A stretch of DNA of 64,000 nt, from IMG/VR virus record IMGVR_UViG_3300044701_000569, positions 124,001 through 188,000 of that record; one strand, written 5' to 3'. The notes under the pieces were generated by a model that saw nothing but the letters and a program-made list of their open reading frames with translations, made no database searches and was not told the DNA's origin. Both the position numbers and the translations under genes were made by a program. Every line of letters starts with the position of its first letter. Position 1 is the first letter of the stretch. Of this stretch, positions 8,686 through 21,200 are shown one piece after another.

Positions 8686-11313
8686 ATGACAGCAACAAAC
8701 TCATATTCAAGAACCAGTGACGCTGTTACACCGTTAAGAGACGCAGGTCCTTACGAGGCAGTAATAGTAAGCCATCTTGACCCGATGTATATGGGGACAC
8801 TTGAAGTTGAACTGATCAAAAATACTGAAGCGGGTGGAACACCCCAACGTAGCGGACAATTAGTAACAGTTAGATACCTTAGTCCTTTTTACGGAGTAAC
8901 CCCTTCTAATGGTTTAACACCTAACGACGGATTTCAGCACACACAAAAAAGTTATGGAATGTGGATGGTCCCACCGGATGTGGGAACTAGAGTACTTGTA
9001 ATATTTGCTGAAGGAAATACAGCCTACGGGTATTGGATTGGCTGCATACAAGATCAGGGTATGAATTACATGATGCCGGGCGCAGGACAAGCATCAACTA
9101 CTCTTACAACAGCTGGAACACCTCAAAACTTAAAAGGTCAAAAGCTACCCGTTGGCGAATATAATAAACTAATTGAACAAGGATCTAAAGTAGATCCAAC
9201 TCTATTTGAAAAACCTTACAATAAAGATTTTACTGAAATATTAGAAGTTCAAGGGTTGCTAGTTGATGAAGCTAGGGGCACAACAACTTCTAGTGCAAGG
9301 CGAGAAGCACCTTCAATGGTGTTTGGTATTAGCACACCTGGACCTTTAGATAAAAGAAATCAACATCCTACAGCAAAATACGGCTCGGCAACAGAAGCAG
9401 CAGATTATCCCTTTAATAGACTAGGCGGGTCGTCGTTTGTAATGGATGACGGTGATGATAAGTTTGTTCGAGCTACACATGCTGCTGATGGCCCTCCTAT
9501 ATACATTAATAAAGAAGGTGGCGAACAGGGCGGCGACGAAACTATTCCTCAAAACGAGTTATTAAGATTTAGAACTAGAACCGGACATCAAATCCTTTTA
9601 CACAATTCTGAAGATTTAATCTATATAGCTAACAGTAGAGGAACGGCTTGGATAGAATTAACTTCAGACGGTAAGATAGATATCTATGCTTATGATAGTA
9701 TTAGTGTTATGTCTAACAATGACATAAACTTTACTGCTGAAAGAGATTTTAATATTGATGCAGGTAGAAACGTTAACATAAGAGCACAAGCTAGATTCTC
9801 AGATGGTAAAGAATCAGACAACGGCATCGAAAGCGGTAGAGTTCAAATTGAATCTAAGTATAATATGAATTTTGAAGTGGGTAAAGATTTAAAAACCACT
9901 GTACATCAGAATCATCATATTGTAGTTGATAACTCTATGAAGATTTTAACAAAGTCTGACTTTAATCTAAAAAGCGAAACCAATGTGTATTTGAATACTT
10001 CGCAAAACTTTCATGAAAAAGCTGGTCACAGTTGGTATAGAGAAGCCGGCTCAAACATTAACGATACTGCTGGAGCACAATACCTTAACAAAGCAGCAAC
10101 AATGGACTTTTTATCTGCAGGACATATTCATTCCTCTGCAGGTTCAACTATTGTAGAAAACGCAGGAGCATCAATCTCTAATAATGCTGGCGCTAGCATA
10201 CATCATGTAGCAGCATCAGGAATAAATCTACTAGGTGGATCTATAGTAGCAGGTGATGCAGGGGTTATACATTGGAACAGTGGACAAGCAGCGTCGGGTG
10301 TTAATACTGCTGCCACACCCGCAACACCGCCTACAGAACCTGAAATAGCAGAAAATGTTATAAAATTAACACAAGTTATATTACCATATATACCGCCAGG
10401 TGCGCAACAGGCAGTGTCTTATGAAAGTATTCTTTGTAGAGCACCACAGCATGAGCCTTGGGTACATCATGAAAATTATAATCCAAAAGGTTTTGTTCCT
10501 GATCAAACAGATAGAGAAGCTCCTGGTGAATTACCTTTATCTGATCGTGTTCTTACAGTTGACACATTCCGTAAGAATAAAGACGGAGCAGCAACTAGTA
10601 CGTTTGTTCAAGCAATTGGACCTGCTAATAAAGATGAATTCAGTAACAGCGGAGATAGCGTATTCCATGGCGAAAACAGCAACACTTCTGGAGCACCTGG
10701 TGGAGCAAGGGGTGGCGGCTCTGGCGGAGGATATGGACAAGCTGGCAGCGGCGAAGCCAGCGGTACAGTTGGGTATGACGGTCAGGGTAAACTAGTTGCT
10801 GTTAGATCAAAGAGTGGAAAAACTGCACAGGTTGCGGAATGCTTTAAAGAATATTTCCAAGGATTTATTGACGATCTCGAAGCAACAGGATATCAAATTA
10901 AGCTATTAGGCGGCTACAGCAAGCGTCAAATTAACGGTAATCCTAACAAATGGAGTATTCATGCCAGCGGCGCAGCTATTGATATTAACTGGCCGCCAAA
11001 CGTAAGGAACCAAGCACCTAATGGAATGTACACCCCAAGACCACCAAACGCACCTTTAACAGACATGCCAGTGCAGAAAGTCAGAGAGTTGTGTCGTAAA
11101 TGGGGCCTAGGTTGGGGAGGAGATTGGAGATCAATAGACGATGCTATGCACTTTAGCGCAGCAAAACATGAAGGTGGAAGATGGCCTGTAAGAAATGATG
11201 GTAGAATTCCGTCAACATCAGCACTACCTGGTAATAATCCTACAACCGGCAGACCTACTAATGCTGACTCTCCACAGCCACCGCGTCAAAGCACTCAAGG
11301 TAAAACAGAGTAA
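8686..11313 (+). CDS. gp5: gp5-like baseplate spike: OB-fold, beta-helix and C-terminal M15 (subfamily C-like) Zn peptidase
   Basis: YGMWMVPPDVGTRVLVIFAEG (gp5/gpV OB fold); RTRTGHQILLHNSED..YIANSRGTAWIELTSDGKIDIY followed by beta-helix repeats; C-terminal GGYSKR...SIHASGAAIDIN...WGGDW..DDAMHF. Confidence 0.85.
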   Translation: MTATNSYSRTSDAVTPLRDAGPYEAVIVSHLDPMYMGTLEVELIKNTEAGGTPQRSGQLVTVRYLSPFYGVTPSNGLTPNDGFQHTQKSYGMWMVPPDVGTRVLVIFAEGNTAYGYWIGCIQDQGMNYMMPGAGQASTTLTTAGTPQNLKGQKLPVGEYNKLIEQGSKVDPTLFEKPYNKDFTEILEVQGLLVDEARGTTTSSARREAPSMVFGISTPGPLDKRNQHPTAKYGSATEAADYPFNRLGGSSFVMDDGDDKFVRATHAADGPPIYINKEGGEQGGDETIPQNELLRFRTRTGHQILLHNSEDLIYIANSRGTAWIELTSDGKIDIYAYDSISVMSNNDINFTAERDFNIDAGRNVNIRAQARFSDGKESDNGIESGRVQIESKYNMNFEVGKDLKTTVHQNHHIVVDNSMKILTKSDFNLKSETNVYLNTSQNFHEKAGHSWYREAGSNINDTAGAQYLNKAATMDFLSAGHIHSSAGSTIVENAGASISNNAGASIHHVAASGINLLGGSIVAGDAGVIHWNSGQAASGVNTAATPATPPTEPEIAENVIKLTQVILPYIPPGAQQAVSYESILCRAPQHEPWVHHENYNPKGFVPDQTDREAPGELPLSDRVLTVDTFRKNKDGAATSTFVQAIGPANKDEFSNSGDSVFHGENSNTSGAPGGARGGGSGGGYGQAGSGEASGTVGYDGQGKLVAVRSKSGKTAQVAECFKEYFQGFIDDLEATGYQIKLLGGYSKRQINGNPNKWSIHASGAAIDINWPPNVRNQAPNGMYTPRPPNAPLTDMPVQKVRELCRKWGLGWGGDWRSIDDAMHFSAAKHEGGRWPVRNDGRIPSTSALPGNNPTTGRPTNADSPQPPRQSTQGKTE

Positions 11314-11315
11314 GG

Positions 11316-11321
11316 TAAATA
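11316..11321 (+). promoter_or_regulatory. late promoter core TAAATA upstream of gp25
   Basis: gTAAATAc in the 12-nt gap between gp5 and gp25. Confidence 0.5.
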
Positions 11322-11325
11322 CTGT

Positions 11326-11763
11326 ATGAGCACATTAGAAAAAAATCTTTACAAAAGAGTTACTGTAACTTCAGGACCGCAACGAGGACAAGTTGGTAGA
11401 GCCTATAGAGGATTTTCTACAGTTAATGAAGCTACTGACGGTTTTGCTCTCTATGACTTTGAACTCATTAAACAGGACATAATTAATCATTTCCATATAA
11501 GACAGGGTGAAAAATTATCTGACCCTAGTTTCGGAACAATTATATGGGACATGCTGTACGAACCATTTACGGCACAGGTTAAAGAAGCTATTATTCAAAA
11601 TGTTACAGAAATAGTTAATTATGATCCGCGTGTTCAAGTAGAAGAAGTTATAGTTGATACTTATGAGTCTGGCATTTCTATTGACTGCACTCTATCATAT
11701 CTACCCTATAATATATCAGAACAGTTAAGATTTAAGTTTGACCAAGCTGCTAGTATTGGATAA
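11326..11763 (+). CDS. gp25: gp25-like baseplate wedge subunit
   Basis: LIKQDIINHFHIRQGEKLSDPSFGTIIWDMLYEP...EIVNYDPRVQVEEV is the gp25/GpW signature. Confidence 0.92.
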   Translation: MSTLEKNLYKRVTVTSGPQRGQVGRAYRGFSTVNEATDGFALYDFELIKQDIINHFHIRQGEKLSDPSFGTIIWDMLYEPFTAQVKEAIIQNVTEIVNYDPRVQVEEVIVDTYESGISIDCTLSYLPYNISEQLRFKFDQAASIG

Positions 11764-11789
11764 TTAAGTTAGCATATAATTGCTACAGA

Positions 11790-11795
11790 TAAATA
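11790..11795 (+). promoter_or_regulatory. late promoter core ATAAATA upstream of gp6
   Basis: gaTAAATAt in the 55-nt gap before ATG 11819. Confidence 0.55.
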
Positions 11796-11818
11796 TCTAA
11801 TATAGATGGGGAAACAGT

Positions 11819-14800
11819 ATGTCTTCAACTGACAGACAATCAAGATTATTAGCGACAGAAGATTGGAAAACAATTTACCAATCTTTCCGTAACGCAGACT
11901 TCCAGAGCTACGACTTTGACAACCTTCGTCGTACGATGATTAACTATCTGCGTCAAAACTATCCAGAAGATTTTAACGATTATATTGAGTCTAGTGAATA
12001 TTTGGCTCTTATAGATTTAATTGCATTTTTAGGTCAAAATCTTAGTTTCCGTATCGATCTTAATGCAAGAGAAAATTTCTTAGAAACAGCAGAACGCAGA
12101 GAAAGCGTTCTTAGATTAGCTAGACTTATTTCCTATAATGCTACACGAAATCAAGCAGCTAACGGGTTATTAAAATTTGAAACTGTAAAGACTACAGAAT
12201 CTGTATTTGACAGCACTGGATTAAATCTAGCTGGTATAGTTGTACGTTGGAATGATAGAGGTAATTCTAATTATTTTGAACAGTTTATTAAGATCTTAAA
12301 CGCAGCACTGCCTGTGAACGGAACTTATGGTCGTCCTATTAAGAGTGATAATATTGCAGGAGTGCTGACACAGCAGTATAGATTTAATGCTGCAAATATT
12401 GATATTCCGGTATATCCTTTTACACGAAACATCGAAGGAACATCGACTAGATTTGAAATTGTAAGTTCTGATATTTTAAATGGCTCTATAGTAGAAGAAC
12501 CTCCTCTACCGGCTAATAATCCTGCTTTCCTATATAGAGATGACGGTCAAGGAGCTAGTAGCTCTAACACTGGTTTCTTTATGCATTTCCGTCAAGGTCG
12601 TTTAGACAGCGGACCATTTACAATAAACAATCCTACACCTAATCAAATAGTTGCTATAGATTCTGTAAACATTAATAACACTGATGTTTGGCTTTATAGT
12701 ACAGACTCTAACGGTATTGAAACTGAATTGTGGACAAAACTCGAAGCTATTGAAGGAAATAACATTATATACAACAGCTTGTTTCGAGGAATAAGAAATG
12801 CATATGCTGTACAAACTAGAATTGAAGATAGAATTAATCTAATTTTTAGTGACGGTGTATTTGGAAATTTACCTTCAGGCAATTTTAAAATTTATTATAG
12901 AACTAGTGAGAACAGAAATTCTATTATAAATCCAGGCGCCTTAACTAATGTTTCTATTGATATACCATATATTAGTAAAAATAATACCCAGGAAACACTC
13001 ACAGTAAGTTTAAATCTAAAGTATTCTATATCTAACGGTGCTGCTTCAGAAAGCAACGAAGAAATAAAGTCAAATGCTCCTGCTACTTACTATACACAGA
13101 ATCGATTAATTACTGCTGAAGATTATAATGTTGGACCTTTAGGTATCAGCCAAGATATTATCAAAACAAAATCTGTTAACAGAATAGCTAGTGGTATTAG
13201 TAGATACTACGATTTAAAAGATGCTAGCGGGAAATATTCAAATACTAGTCTTTTCGCCGACGACGGTATTTTATATAAAGAAGAATTTTTAAGAAAAACA
13301 GCATTTACTTTTGCTACCCAGTCAGATATTGAGGGAGTAATTTATAATCTTATAGAACCAATACTAGCAAGTGCTAATACTAATAATTTTTATCTTGCCA
13401 AATACGGAAAGATAATTGTTTCTGATCTTGGTGTAGATTGGTCACAGATTACTAAATCTACTAATAGATGTACAGGTGTGTTTGTTGACGCTGACCTAGC
13501 AAGACAAAAAGTTGGAACATTTACCGCCAACAGCCTTCGATTGGTCGAAGCAGGATCAATGCTTAAATTTACAGCACCAGATGGATATCATTTTATGCCA
13601 GACGGCACCTTAATGCAAGGTGATGCAGATCATCTAGGCTCTACTTCTTATAAATGGGCTAAAGTAATAAGTGTTTATGGTAACGGTACTCAAATTGATT
13701 CTAGTGGATCGGGATCTATTGTATTAAACGATATTATACCTGAAGGCGCTGTTCTGAATCAAATTATTCCAAAGCTATCAAGAGTTTTAATTGATGATAT
13801 TAAATCTCAAATAATTGATAGAGTTTTTGCTTATAGAGATTTTGCACTTCGTTATGATCAAGAAGCTAGACAGTGGAAAATTATTACAGCTGAAAACATC
13901 AACACAGTAAATCCATGGAGTACTGGCAAGGCAGGCGACTCTAGCGGACAAAATCTAGACTCAAGTTGGATATTAAATTTTAAAACAAATGGTCAATCAT
14001 ATACTGTAACTTACAGAAATCTACGTTACGTATTTGAAAGTGCAGGAGAAATACGATTCTTCTTTGATAGTGCAGATAAAATTTATGATCCTAAAACAGG
14101 CCAATTAGTTAAAGATAAGATTTCTGTTTTAAACATTAACAGAAAGCCTGACAGTTTAGTACCGTTTACAAAAGACTATATTTGGACAATTAGTGATGCA
14201 TTTAGAGATACAGAAGGATATGTTGATTCAAGAAAAATTCAAGTTGAATTTTTTGACAACGATGACGACGGCGTAGTAGACGATCCTGATTTATTTGAAC
14301 AAATTGTAGCCGAAGCAATAAATCCTTCTTCTAAATTTGTATTCCAAAAGAAATATATGACCACTGACGGAGTTGAAGATTTCAAATACTTTAATAATTC
14401 CAGTGGCACAATTATGGTTAAGAATAATGAAGCTGCAATTGGATCTCCCAGCAGTTACAATGACGGACAAGTGTTCTATTTAATTGAAGAAGGCCTGTTC
14501 AAAGTATTAAATATTACCAATAACAATACAACTGTTACAGTTGATTATAAAGCATTTGTTGGTAGAAATGATCTTAAATTCCACTATGTACACGTTGCAG
14601 ATTCAAACTACAGAATTGACCCTAGTTCTACAAACATCATTGATACCTATTTGTTAACTAAAGGTTATGATACTGAATATAGAAAGTATTTGAGTAGCGA
14701 CACTGCTGTACAACCGCTGCCTCCAAGCAGCGACGAGTTATTTAGAAGTTACGGTGCTGAAATTAATAAAATTAAGTCTATAAGTGATGAAGTTGTTTAC

Positions 14801-15253
14801 CATCCTGTAAAATATAAGTCTCTCTTTGGTAGCAAAGCAAGATCAGATCTACAGGTTACATTTAAGATAGTAAAAAATCCTGCTCTAACAGTAAACAACA
14901 ATGAAATAAAAGCTAAGGTAATTGATTCAATTAATCGATTCTTTAGTATAGAATACTGGAATTTTGGTGATACTTTCTATTTCTCAGAGCTAAGTGCTTA
15001 TGTAATGAATGGCTTATCACCAGAACTAGTATCATTCTTAATGGTACCAAAGCAGTCAGATCAAGGCTTTGGAAGCCTTTTTGAAGTTAAATCAGAAAGC
15101 GATGAAATTTTTATCTCGGCAGCAACAGTTTCCGATATAGAAATTATCGACGAAATAACAGCAACAAATCTTAAAGCTCTAGGCAATGTAGTTACAAGTG
15201 TATCATCAAGCAAGAGCGGAATACAAAGTTCGTCAAGTAGAGGTTCATATTAA
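11819..15253 (+). CDS. gp6: gp6-like baseplate wedge subunit (enlarged, 1144 aa)
   Basis: DFDNLRRTMINYL...FNDYIESS...LIDLIAF...NARENFLETAERRESVLRLARLISY, IFSDGVFG, APATYYTQNRLITAEDY are gp6/baseplate-J motifs; follows gp25. Confidence 0.88.
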   Translation: MSSTDRQSRLLATEDWKTIYQSFRNADFQSYDFDNLRRTMINYLRQNYPEDFNDYIESSEYLALIDLIAFLGQNLSFRIDLNARENFLETAERRESVLRLARLISYNATRNQAANGLLKFETVKTTESVFDSTGLNLAGIVVRWNDRGNSNYFEQFIKILNAALPVNGTYGRPIKSDNIAGVLTQQYRFNAANIDIPVYPFTRNIEGTSTRFEIVSSDILNGSIVEEPPLPANNPAFLYRDDGQGASSSNTGFFMHFRQGRLDSGPFTINNPTPNQIVAIDSVNINNTDVWLYSTDSNGIETELWTKLEAIEGNNIIYNSLFRGIRNAYAVQTRIEDRINLIFSDGVFGNLPSGNFKIYYRTSENRNSIINPGALTNVSIDIPYISKNNTQETLTVSLNLKYSISNGAASESNEEIKSNAPATYYTQNRLITAEDYNVGPLGISQDIIKTKSVNRIASGISRYYDLKDASGKYSNTSLFADDGILYKEEFLRKTAFTFATQSDIEGVIYNLIEPILASANTNNFYLAKYGKIIVSDLGVDWSQITKSTNRCTGVFVDADLARQKVGTFTANSLRLVEAGSMLKFTAPDGYHFMPDGTLMQGDADHLGSTSYKWAKVISVYGNGTQIDSSGSGSIVLNDIIPEGAVLNQIIPKLSRVLIDDIKSQIIDRVFAYRDFALRYDQEARQWKIITAENINTVNPWSTGKAGDSSGQNLDSSWILNFKTNGQSYTVTYRNLRYVFESAGEIRFFFDSADKIYDPKTGQLVKDKISVLNINRKPDSLVPFTKDYIWTISDAFRDTEGYVDSRKIQVEFFDNDDDGVVDDPDLFEQIVAEAINPSSKFVFQKKYMTTDGVEDFKYFNNSSGTIMVKNNEAAIGSPSSYNDGQVFYLIEEGLFKVLNITNNNTTVTVDYKAFVGRNDLKFHYVHVADSNYRIDPSSTNIIDTYLLTKGYDTEYRKYLSSDTAVQPLPPSSDELFRSYGAEINKIKSISDEVVYHPVKYKSLFGSKARSDLQVTFKIVKNPALTVNNNEIKAKVIDSINRFFSIEYWNFGDTFYFSELSAYVMNGLSPELVSFLMVPKQSDQGFGSLFEVKSESDEIFISAATVSDIEIIDEITATNLKALGNVVTSVSSSKSGIQSSSSRGSY

Positions 15254-15255
15254 TA

Positions 15256-18200
15256 ATGTCTAATCATACTCAAAATGAAAATGCTTTGCCTGTACCAGGC
15301 AACAACAGTAGAGCTGTTTCGGATCTGCTACCTAGATATTTTAGAACTGAAGCAAATAAAAAGTTTTTACAATCAACATTAGACCAACTAGTACAACCTG
15401 GTGTAGCAGAAAAAATTAGTGGATTTTTTGGAAGAAAAAATTCTAAAGCATATGCTGCTGGAGACAATTACATTGGTGATGTTTCTAAAGCAAGAGAAAA
15501 TTACCAGTTAGAACCTGCACTGGTTATAAAAGATAATCTAGACAATGTAACTTTCTACAAAGATTATAACGACTATGTAAATCAGTTAAAGATTTTTGGT
15601 GCTAACACAACTAATCACAGTAGACTTAATAGTCAGGAAACTTATGCTTGGAACCCAAATATAGATTGGGATAAGTTTGTTAATTTTAGAGAATATTATT
15701 GGATACCAACTGGACCTAAAACAGTAAGAGTTACAGGTCAGGCCAAAGAAGTAATCAGTACCTATACAGTACGTCTTACTGATAATGGTGATAATGTTTC
15801 TTATCTATTTTCTCCCGACGGTTTTACGTCAAACCCAAGCCTTAAGCTATACAGAGGACAGACTTATAGATTTGACATAGATTGTGTTGGTCATCCTATG
15901 GCTATAGCAATCAGTAGAACATTTACTCCTGGTAACGCTGTAGTTGTTGCAGGTCGAGAAGGTGTTAGAGGCGAAGGGCTCTTTGACGCAAAATTATACG
16001 GCAACGATTACGATCTTGGCGATTATATCATTCTACCAGACAGCGGTTCAGTAACCTTTGACGCCGATGAAAATGTTTCTACACTTTATCCAGATGGTAT
16101 TCGTAAGTTAGGAGAAGCTGGAGAAGAAATTGCAAACGTGTATATAGAAAAGGGAATTATTGAATTTACTATTCCCATTAATGCTCCTGACAAATTATAT
16201 TACATATCTAAGAATGATGTTGATGTTAGTGGTTTAATAAAAATTTATGACATTGAAGAAAATACTTTCTTAGATGTTGAAACAGAAATATTAGGCAAGA
16301 AAACCTACAAGAGTGCTAACGGTATTGAATTTACTAACGGTCTTAAAGTTGAATTTTTAGGTACAGTAGTGCCTAAAATATACAGCGAAGGTAATTGGTA
16401 TGTTGAAGGAGTAGGAGATAAAATTAGATTAATTGAAGAAAAAGATTTAATTATTCCAGCTTCATATACTGCTAATATAAATGTTCCTTTTGACAGTGAG
16501 GGGTTTGATACTCTTCCCTTTAGTGATTCATCTTCTTATGCAAAAGAAAAAGATTATATTGTAATTAACAGATCTAGTAGAGATAGAAATCCTTGGAGCA
16601 GATATAATAAATGGATACACAAGGACGTATTAATTAAAACTGCAGAATACAACAAGATACCATTTGATATAGATGAAAATCTAAGAGCTAAACGTCCTAT
16701 TATTGAATTTGAAGCAGGCTTAAAACTCTATAATTACGGATCATTTGCAAAACTAGACGTTGATTTAGTAGATGCTTTCACGCTTGATGTTTTTTCAACA
16801 ATTGAAGGTAGTCTAGGATATAACATTGACGGTATTGATGTAGCTGACGGAATGAGAATTTTATTCACAGCAGATCGAGACAAGTTAGTAAACGGAAAAA
16901 TTTATCAAGTAAAATTTGTAACTATAGGTAATAACAGACAAATAAGCCTTATTGAAGTTTCTGACTCTGAACCTCTTGATTTAGAAACTGTGTTTGTTAT
17001 CAACGGTAATAATTATGGCGGCAAAACATTTCATTATCACGGCGATAGATGGATGTTAGCGCAAGAAAAAACAAAGAGAAATCAACCGCCGTTATTTGAA
17101 TTAGTTGATGCAGAAGGAAATAATCAAAGTAATTCAAATATTTTTAATGCTACTACATTTAAAGGTAGTAAGATCTTTAGTTATAAGATTGGCAATGGAG
17201 CCAATGATATAGAATTAGGATTTCCTTTAAGCTATAAAAATATTGAAAACAGCGGTGATATTGAATTTGAATTTAATCTTCTTACAGATACGTTTACCTA
17301 TCAAACCGAAACAGATATTATTTCAGTATCAACGTCAACTAGCTGTTTAAAAAAGTTTACTGATAGAACAAATTTTGATTATGTTAACGGTTGGTCAAAG
17401 ACACCAACTGTTTCAAAGCAAAAGGTAATTAGACAATACGTTTCTACCCAAGCAGAAAATAATAATTTTCAAATTGATGTTTATAACAAGGCTGCTTTTA
17501 TTACAGATCTTCGAGTAAACGTTTTTGTTAATAATAAGTTAAAGAAACAAGAACTAGATTATACACTTGATAGAATAAATGAAAAAGTATTTGTTAGATT
17601 TTTTAATGATTTAGAAGAAAATTCTAATGTTATTTTAAAGACTGATTCTACTACACCTAAGAACGATAATGGTTGGTATGATTTTCCTATCAATCTAGAA
17701 AGAAATCCGCTTAACGAAGATATATCGACATTTACGTTAGGTGAAGTTATTGATCATGTTGATAGCATGATTGAAGATATTTACGAGTTTACTGGCACTT
17801 ATCCTGGACCTAGTAACTTAAGAGATCTTGGAGAACTAGATGTTTACGGTAAACGGTTTGTAAAACACAGTAGTCCGTTAAATCTTGCTTTATATCATAT
17901 TACTAACAAGAAGTACAACATAGTTAAAGCTATGGACTACAGCAGAAAAGAGTATGCAAGATTTAAAAGAATCTTTATTGAAACTGCTTCTACTTTAGGA
18001 TATGACGGTGAAATAAAACAACACGTTGATTTAATTCTTAAAGAAATTAACCGAGATAAGGTTAAGTCACAACCGTTCTATTTTTCAGATATGATAAATT
18101 GGGGGAACGATAACAAGGTTATAGAGTACGAAGTCCTTGATCCTCGCAATCCGTTTTACCCACTATCAGAAGTATTTGATATAACAGTACCAAGCCAGCG

Positions 18201-21200
18201 AGCAGTTAATGTATACCTAAACGGATATCAGTTAGTACACAATAAAGACTATACATTTAACAATGAAGGGTTCTTAGTACTTGATAGTTATCAACAAGAA
18301 GGTGACATTCTTAGAATATACGAAACTTCGTCTACTGACGGATCATTTATTCCGCCAACACCTACTAAATTAGGTTTATATCCTTCTTATGTACCACAAC
18401 TTATTATAGATGATACCTATCTATCAGAAGAACCTGTTATTAACGGACCATTTAAAATTTATGGTGAAGATGAGACTACTTCAAAAATAGGTTGGTTTTA
18501 TCCTGTATACACAAGTCGTCGAGCTGCTCAAAACGCAGACTCAAATAATGCAGCAAAACAACTAGTTCTAGCAGGTTATAACAGAGTACTGTATATTCCT
18601 ACTAATACAGGTATTGAAGCCGGAACTGATAATGTTGAACTTGATGAGTATCCTGTAGGAACTGCTGTAATACGAGGACACGACGGTAGTTTTGTTAAGG
18701 CATTTAAGGATTATAGAGATACCCTTATAATAGATCTTGAAAAACGAATATTCAATAATATTAAAGTTTTTTATAATCCACTAGAAACTGAGCTTCTTTA
18801 CGGTGAAGGAACGCTAAGTCTGTTTGATTTTGTACCCGGCAAATTTAGAAAAACTGAATTTACTAGAAACGAAATAAACGAATCTTTACGAGGATCTTTC
18901 GTAGAGTGGCTAAGCCTAGTTGAGACTGATTACACTAGTAATTATTTTTACGAAAGAGAAAATCAATTTACATTTAACTACAGTACCATGACTAACGTAG
19001 TTGATGGAACTAGTCTACCTGGATTTTGGAGAGGCGTTTACAAAGAACAATTTGATACTGATCGTCCTCACAGTCACCCATGGGAAATTTTAGGATTTAC
19101 TATTAAACCAAAGTGGTGGAACGAAGTTTATGGACCTGCTCCTTATACTGGTAACAACGGTGTTATGTGGGGTGATATTGAGAAAGGCATTATAAGAGAG
19201 CCTGGAAAACAGGTTAGGGTTTTAGAAAAGTTTGCTAGACCGGGACTCACTTCATTCATACCAGTTGACAGCAAAGGTAGATTGCTATCTCCTATTGCTG
19301 CTAATATTGCAAAAAATTTCGTATACAGAAATACTACACAGAGTTTTGAATTTGGTGATGAAGCTCCTGTTGAAACCGCTTGGAGAAGAAGTTCAGAGTA
19401 TCCGTTTGCTATTCTTAGAGCATGGGTTTTAAATCAGCCATCAAAAGCTATGGGCGTAGGATTTGATACCTCTAGACTTGATAAGAACTTAGTAGGACAG
19501 TATGTTTATAAAGATACTAAAAAGCATTTAACATTAGCAGATCTTCAGTTACCAAATACTTATGAAGACGCTTCAAGAATTCAAACATCGGGATTAATAA
19601 ATTTCATTTATAATCTTGTAGCAAGTAATATCTTAACAGTTTATAATGACTATAAAACAGACCTAGTATCTATTAGAAATCAATTAGGATTAAAACTAGG
19701 CGGTTTTACAGATAAGCAAAAGTTAAAAATTGTACTAGATAGTAGAAGTCCTAAAGCTAGTGAATCAGAAGGTGTATTTGTTCCTGAAGAGAACTACCAA
19801 GTATTTTTAAACACAAGTTCACCTGTTGAAACGATTGTATACAGTGGTGTAATTGTTGAAAAAGCACCTGACGGATTTATTATTCGCGGCTACAATAACG
19901 AAATTCCTTATTTTAAATATTTTCAAACTCAGTCAACACAGAATGATGTTACTGTAGTAGTTGGCGGTATAACTGAAAGTGCAAGCGAATGGGCAGCTAA
20001 TAGACGTTATGTTAAAGGTCAGCTGTTAATCAATTCTTTCAAATACTATAGAGTAACAGATAATTTTACTTCAGGACCAAGTTTTACAACAAATAATCTT
20101 GCTCTGTTATCTGACATTCCTATAGTAGGTGGTAAAAGAGCACAATTTAAGAAAAATTTCTTAAAATCAAGTAACAAAATTCTAACCTACGGTACTAAGT
20201 TGTCAACGTCGCAAGATGTTGTAGATTTTATATTAGGTTATGATGCATATTTAAAATATCAAGGTTTTACATTTGATTATTTTAATCGCGAAACAAACTT
20301 TGTTGAAAATTGGGACAATGCAGCTAGAGAATTTTTATTCTGGACTACACAAGGATGGGCGTCAGGAACAACTATATCGTTAAGTCCGGGTGCAACATCT
20401 CTAAATTTATCAACAGCTTACTCTGTTGCTGATGATATTCTTGATGTATTCTACAGCTACGGTGTAGTAAAGCAGGATGGCGATGCTTTAGATAGAAAGT
20501 TTATTTCTATATATAGAAATAAAAATGTGTTTGAAGTAAGACCTAAAAACACTAATGATGGCATATACGGTGTTTCTATTCCTGTAGTTCAGAAGGAACA
20601 TGTACTATTAATAGATAATACCACAGTGTTCAATGATATAATCTATCAACCATCTACTGGTTATAGACAGGAAAGATTAAAAGTTACAGGTTATCGATCA
20701 GATAACTGGACTGGCGGCCTAGATATTCCTGGATTTATATTTGACGATGCAACAATAACAGACTGGGAACCTTGGCAAGATTATAGCGTAGGATCTCTTG
20801 TAAAGTTTAAGCAATTTTATTATGTTGCAATATATCAAATTACTGGATCAGAAGAGTTTAATAGTAATTTTTGGTATAGACTCAATGAAAAACCTGTACC
20901 AAAATTATATACAAACTTTGATTATAAGATAAATCAATTTTCTGATTTTTATGATTTAGATTCTGATAACTTTGATGCTGAACAGCAAAGATTAGCTCAA
21001 CATCTAATAGGTTATCAGAAGAGAGAATATCTTGCTAATATCATTAACGATGACATCAGCCAGTATAAGTTCTATCAAGGATTCATACAAGACAAAGGAA
21101 CAAAAAATGCAATAACAAAATTGTTTGATCCTTTAAGTGGTTCTGATAGAGATAGTTTTGATTTCTACGAAGAATGGGCTATACAAGTAGGTCGTTACGG

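Noticed and set aside
11770-11785. TAGCA-TATAAT-TGCTA inverted repeat with a -10-like loop before gp6
   Set aside because: Only a 5-bp stem and no -35 element at 16-18 nt; likely chance in AT-rich DNA.
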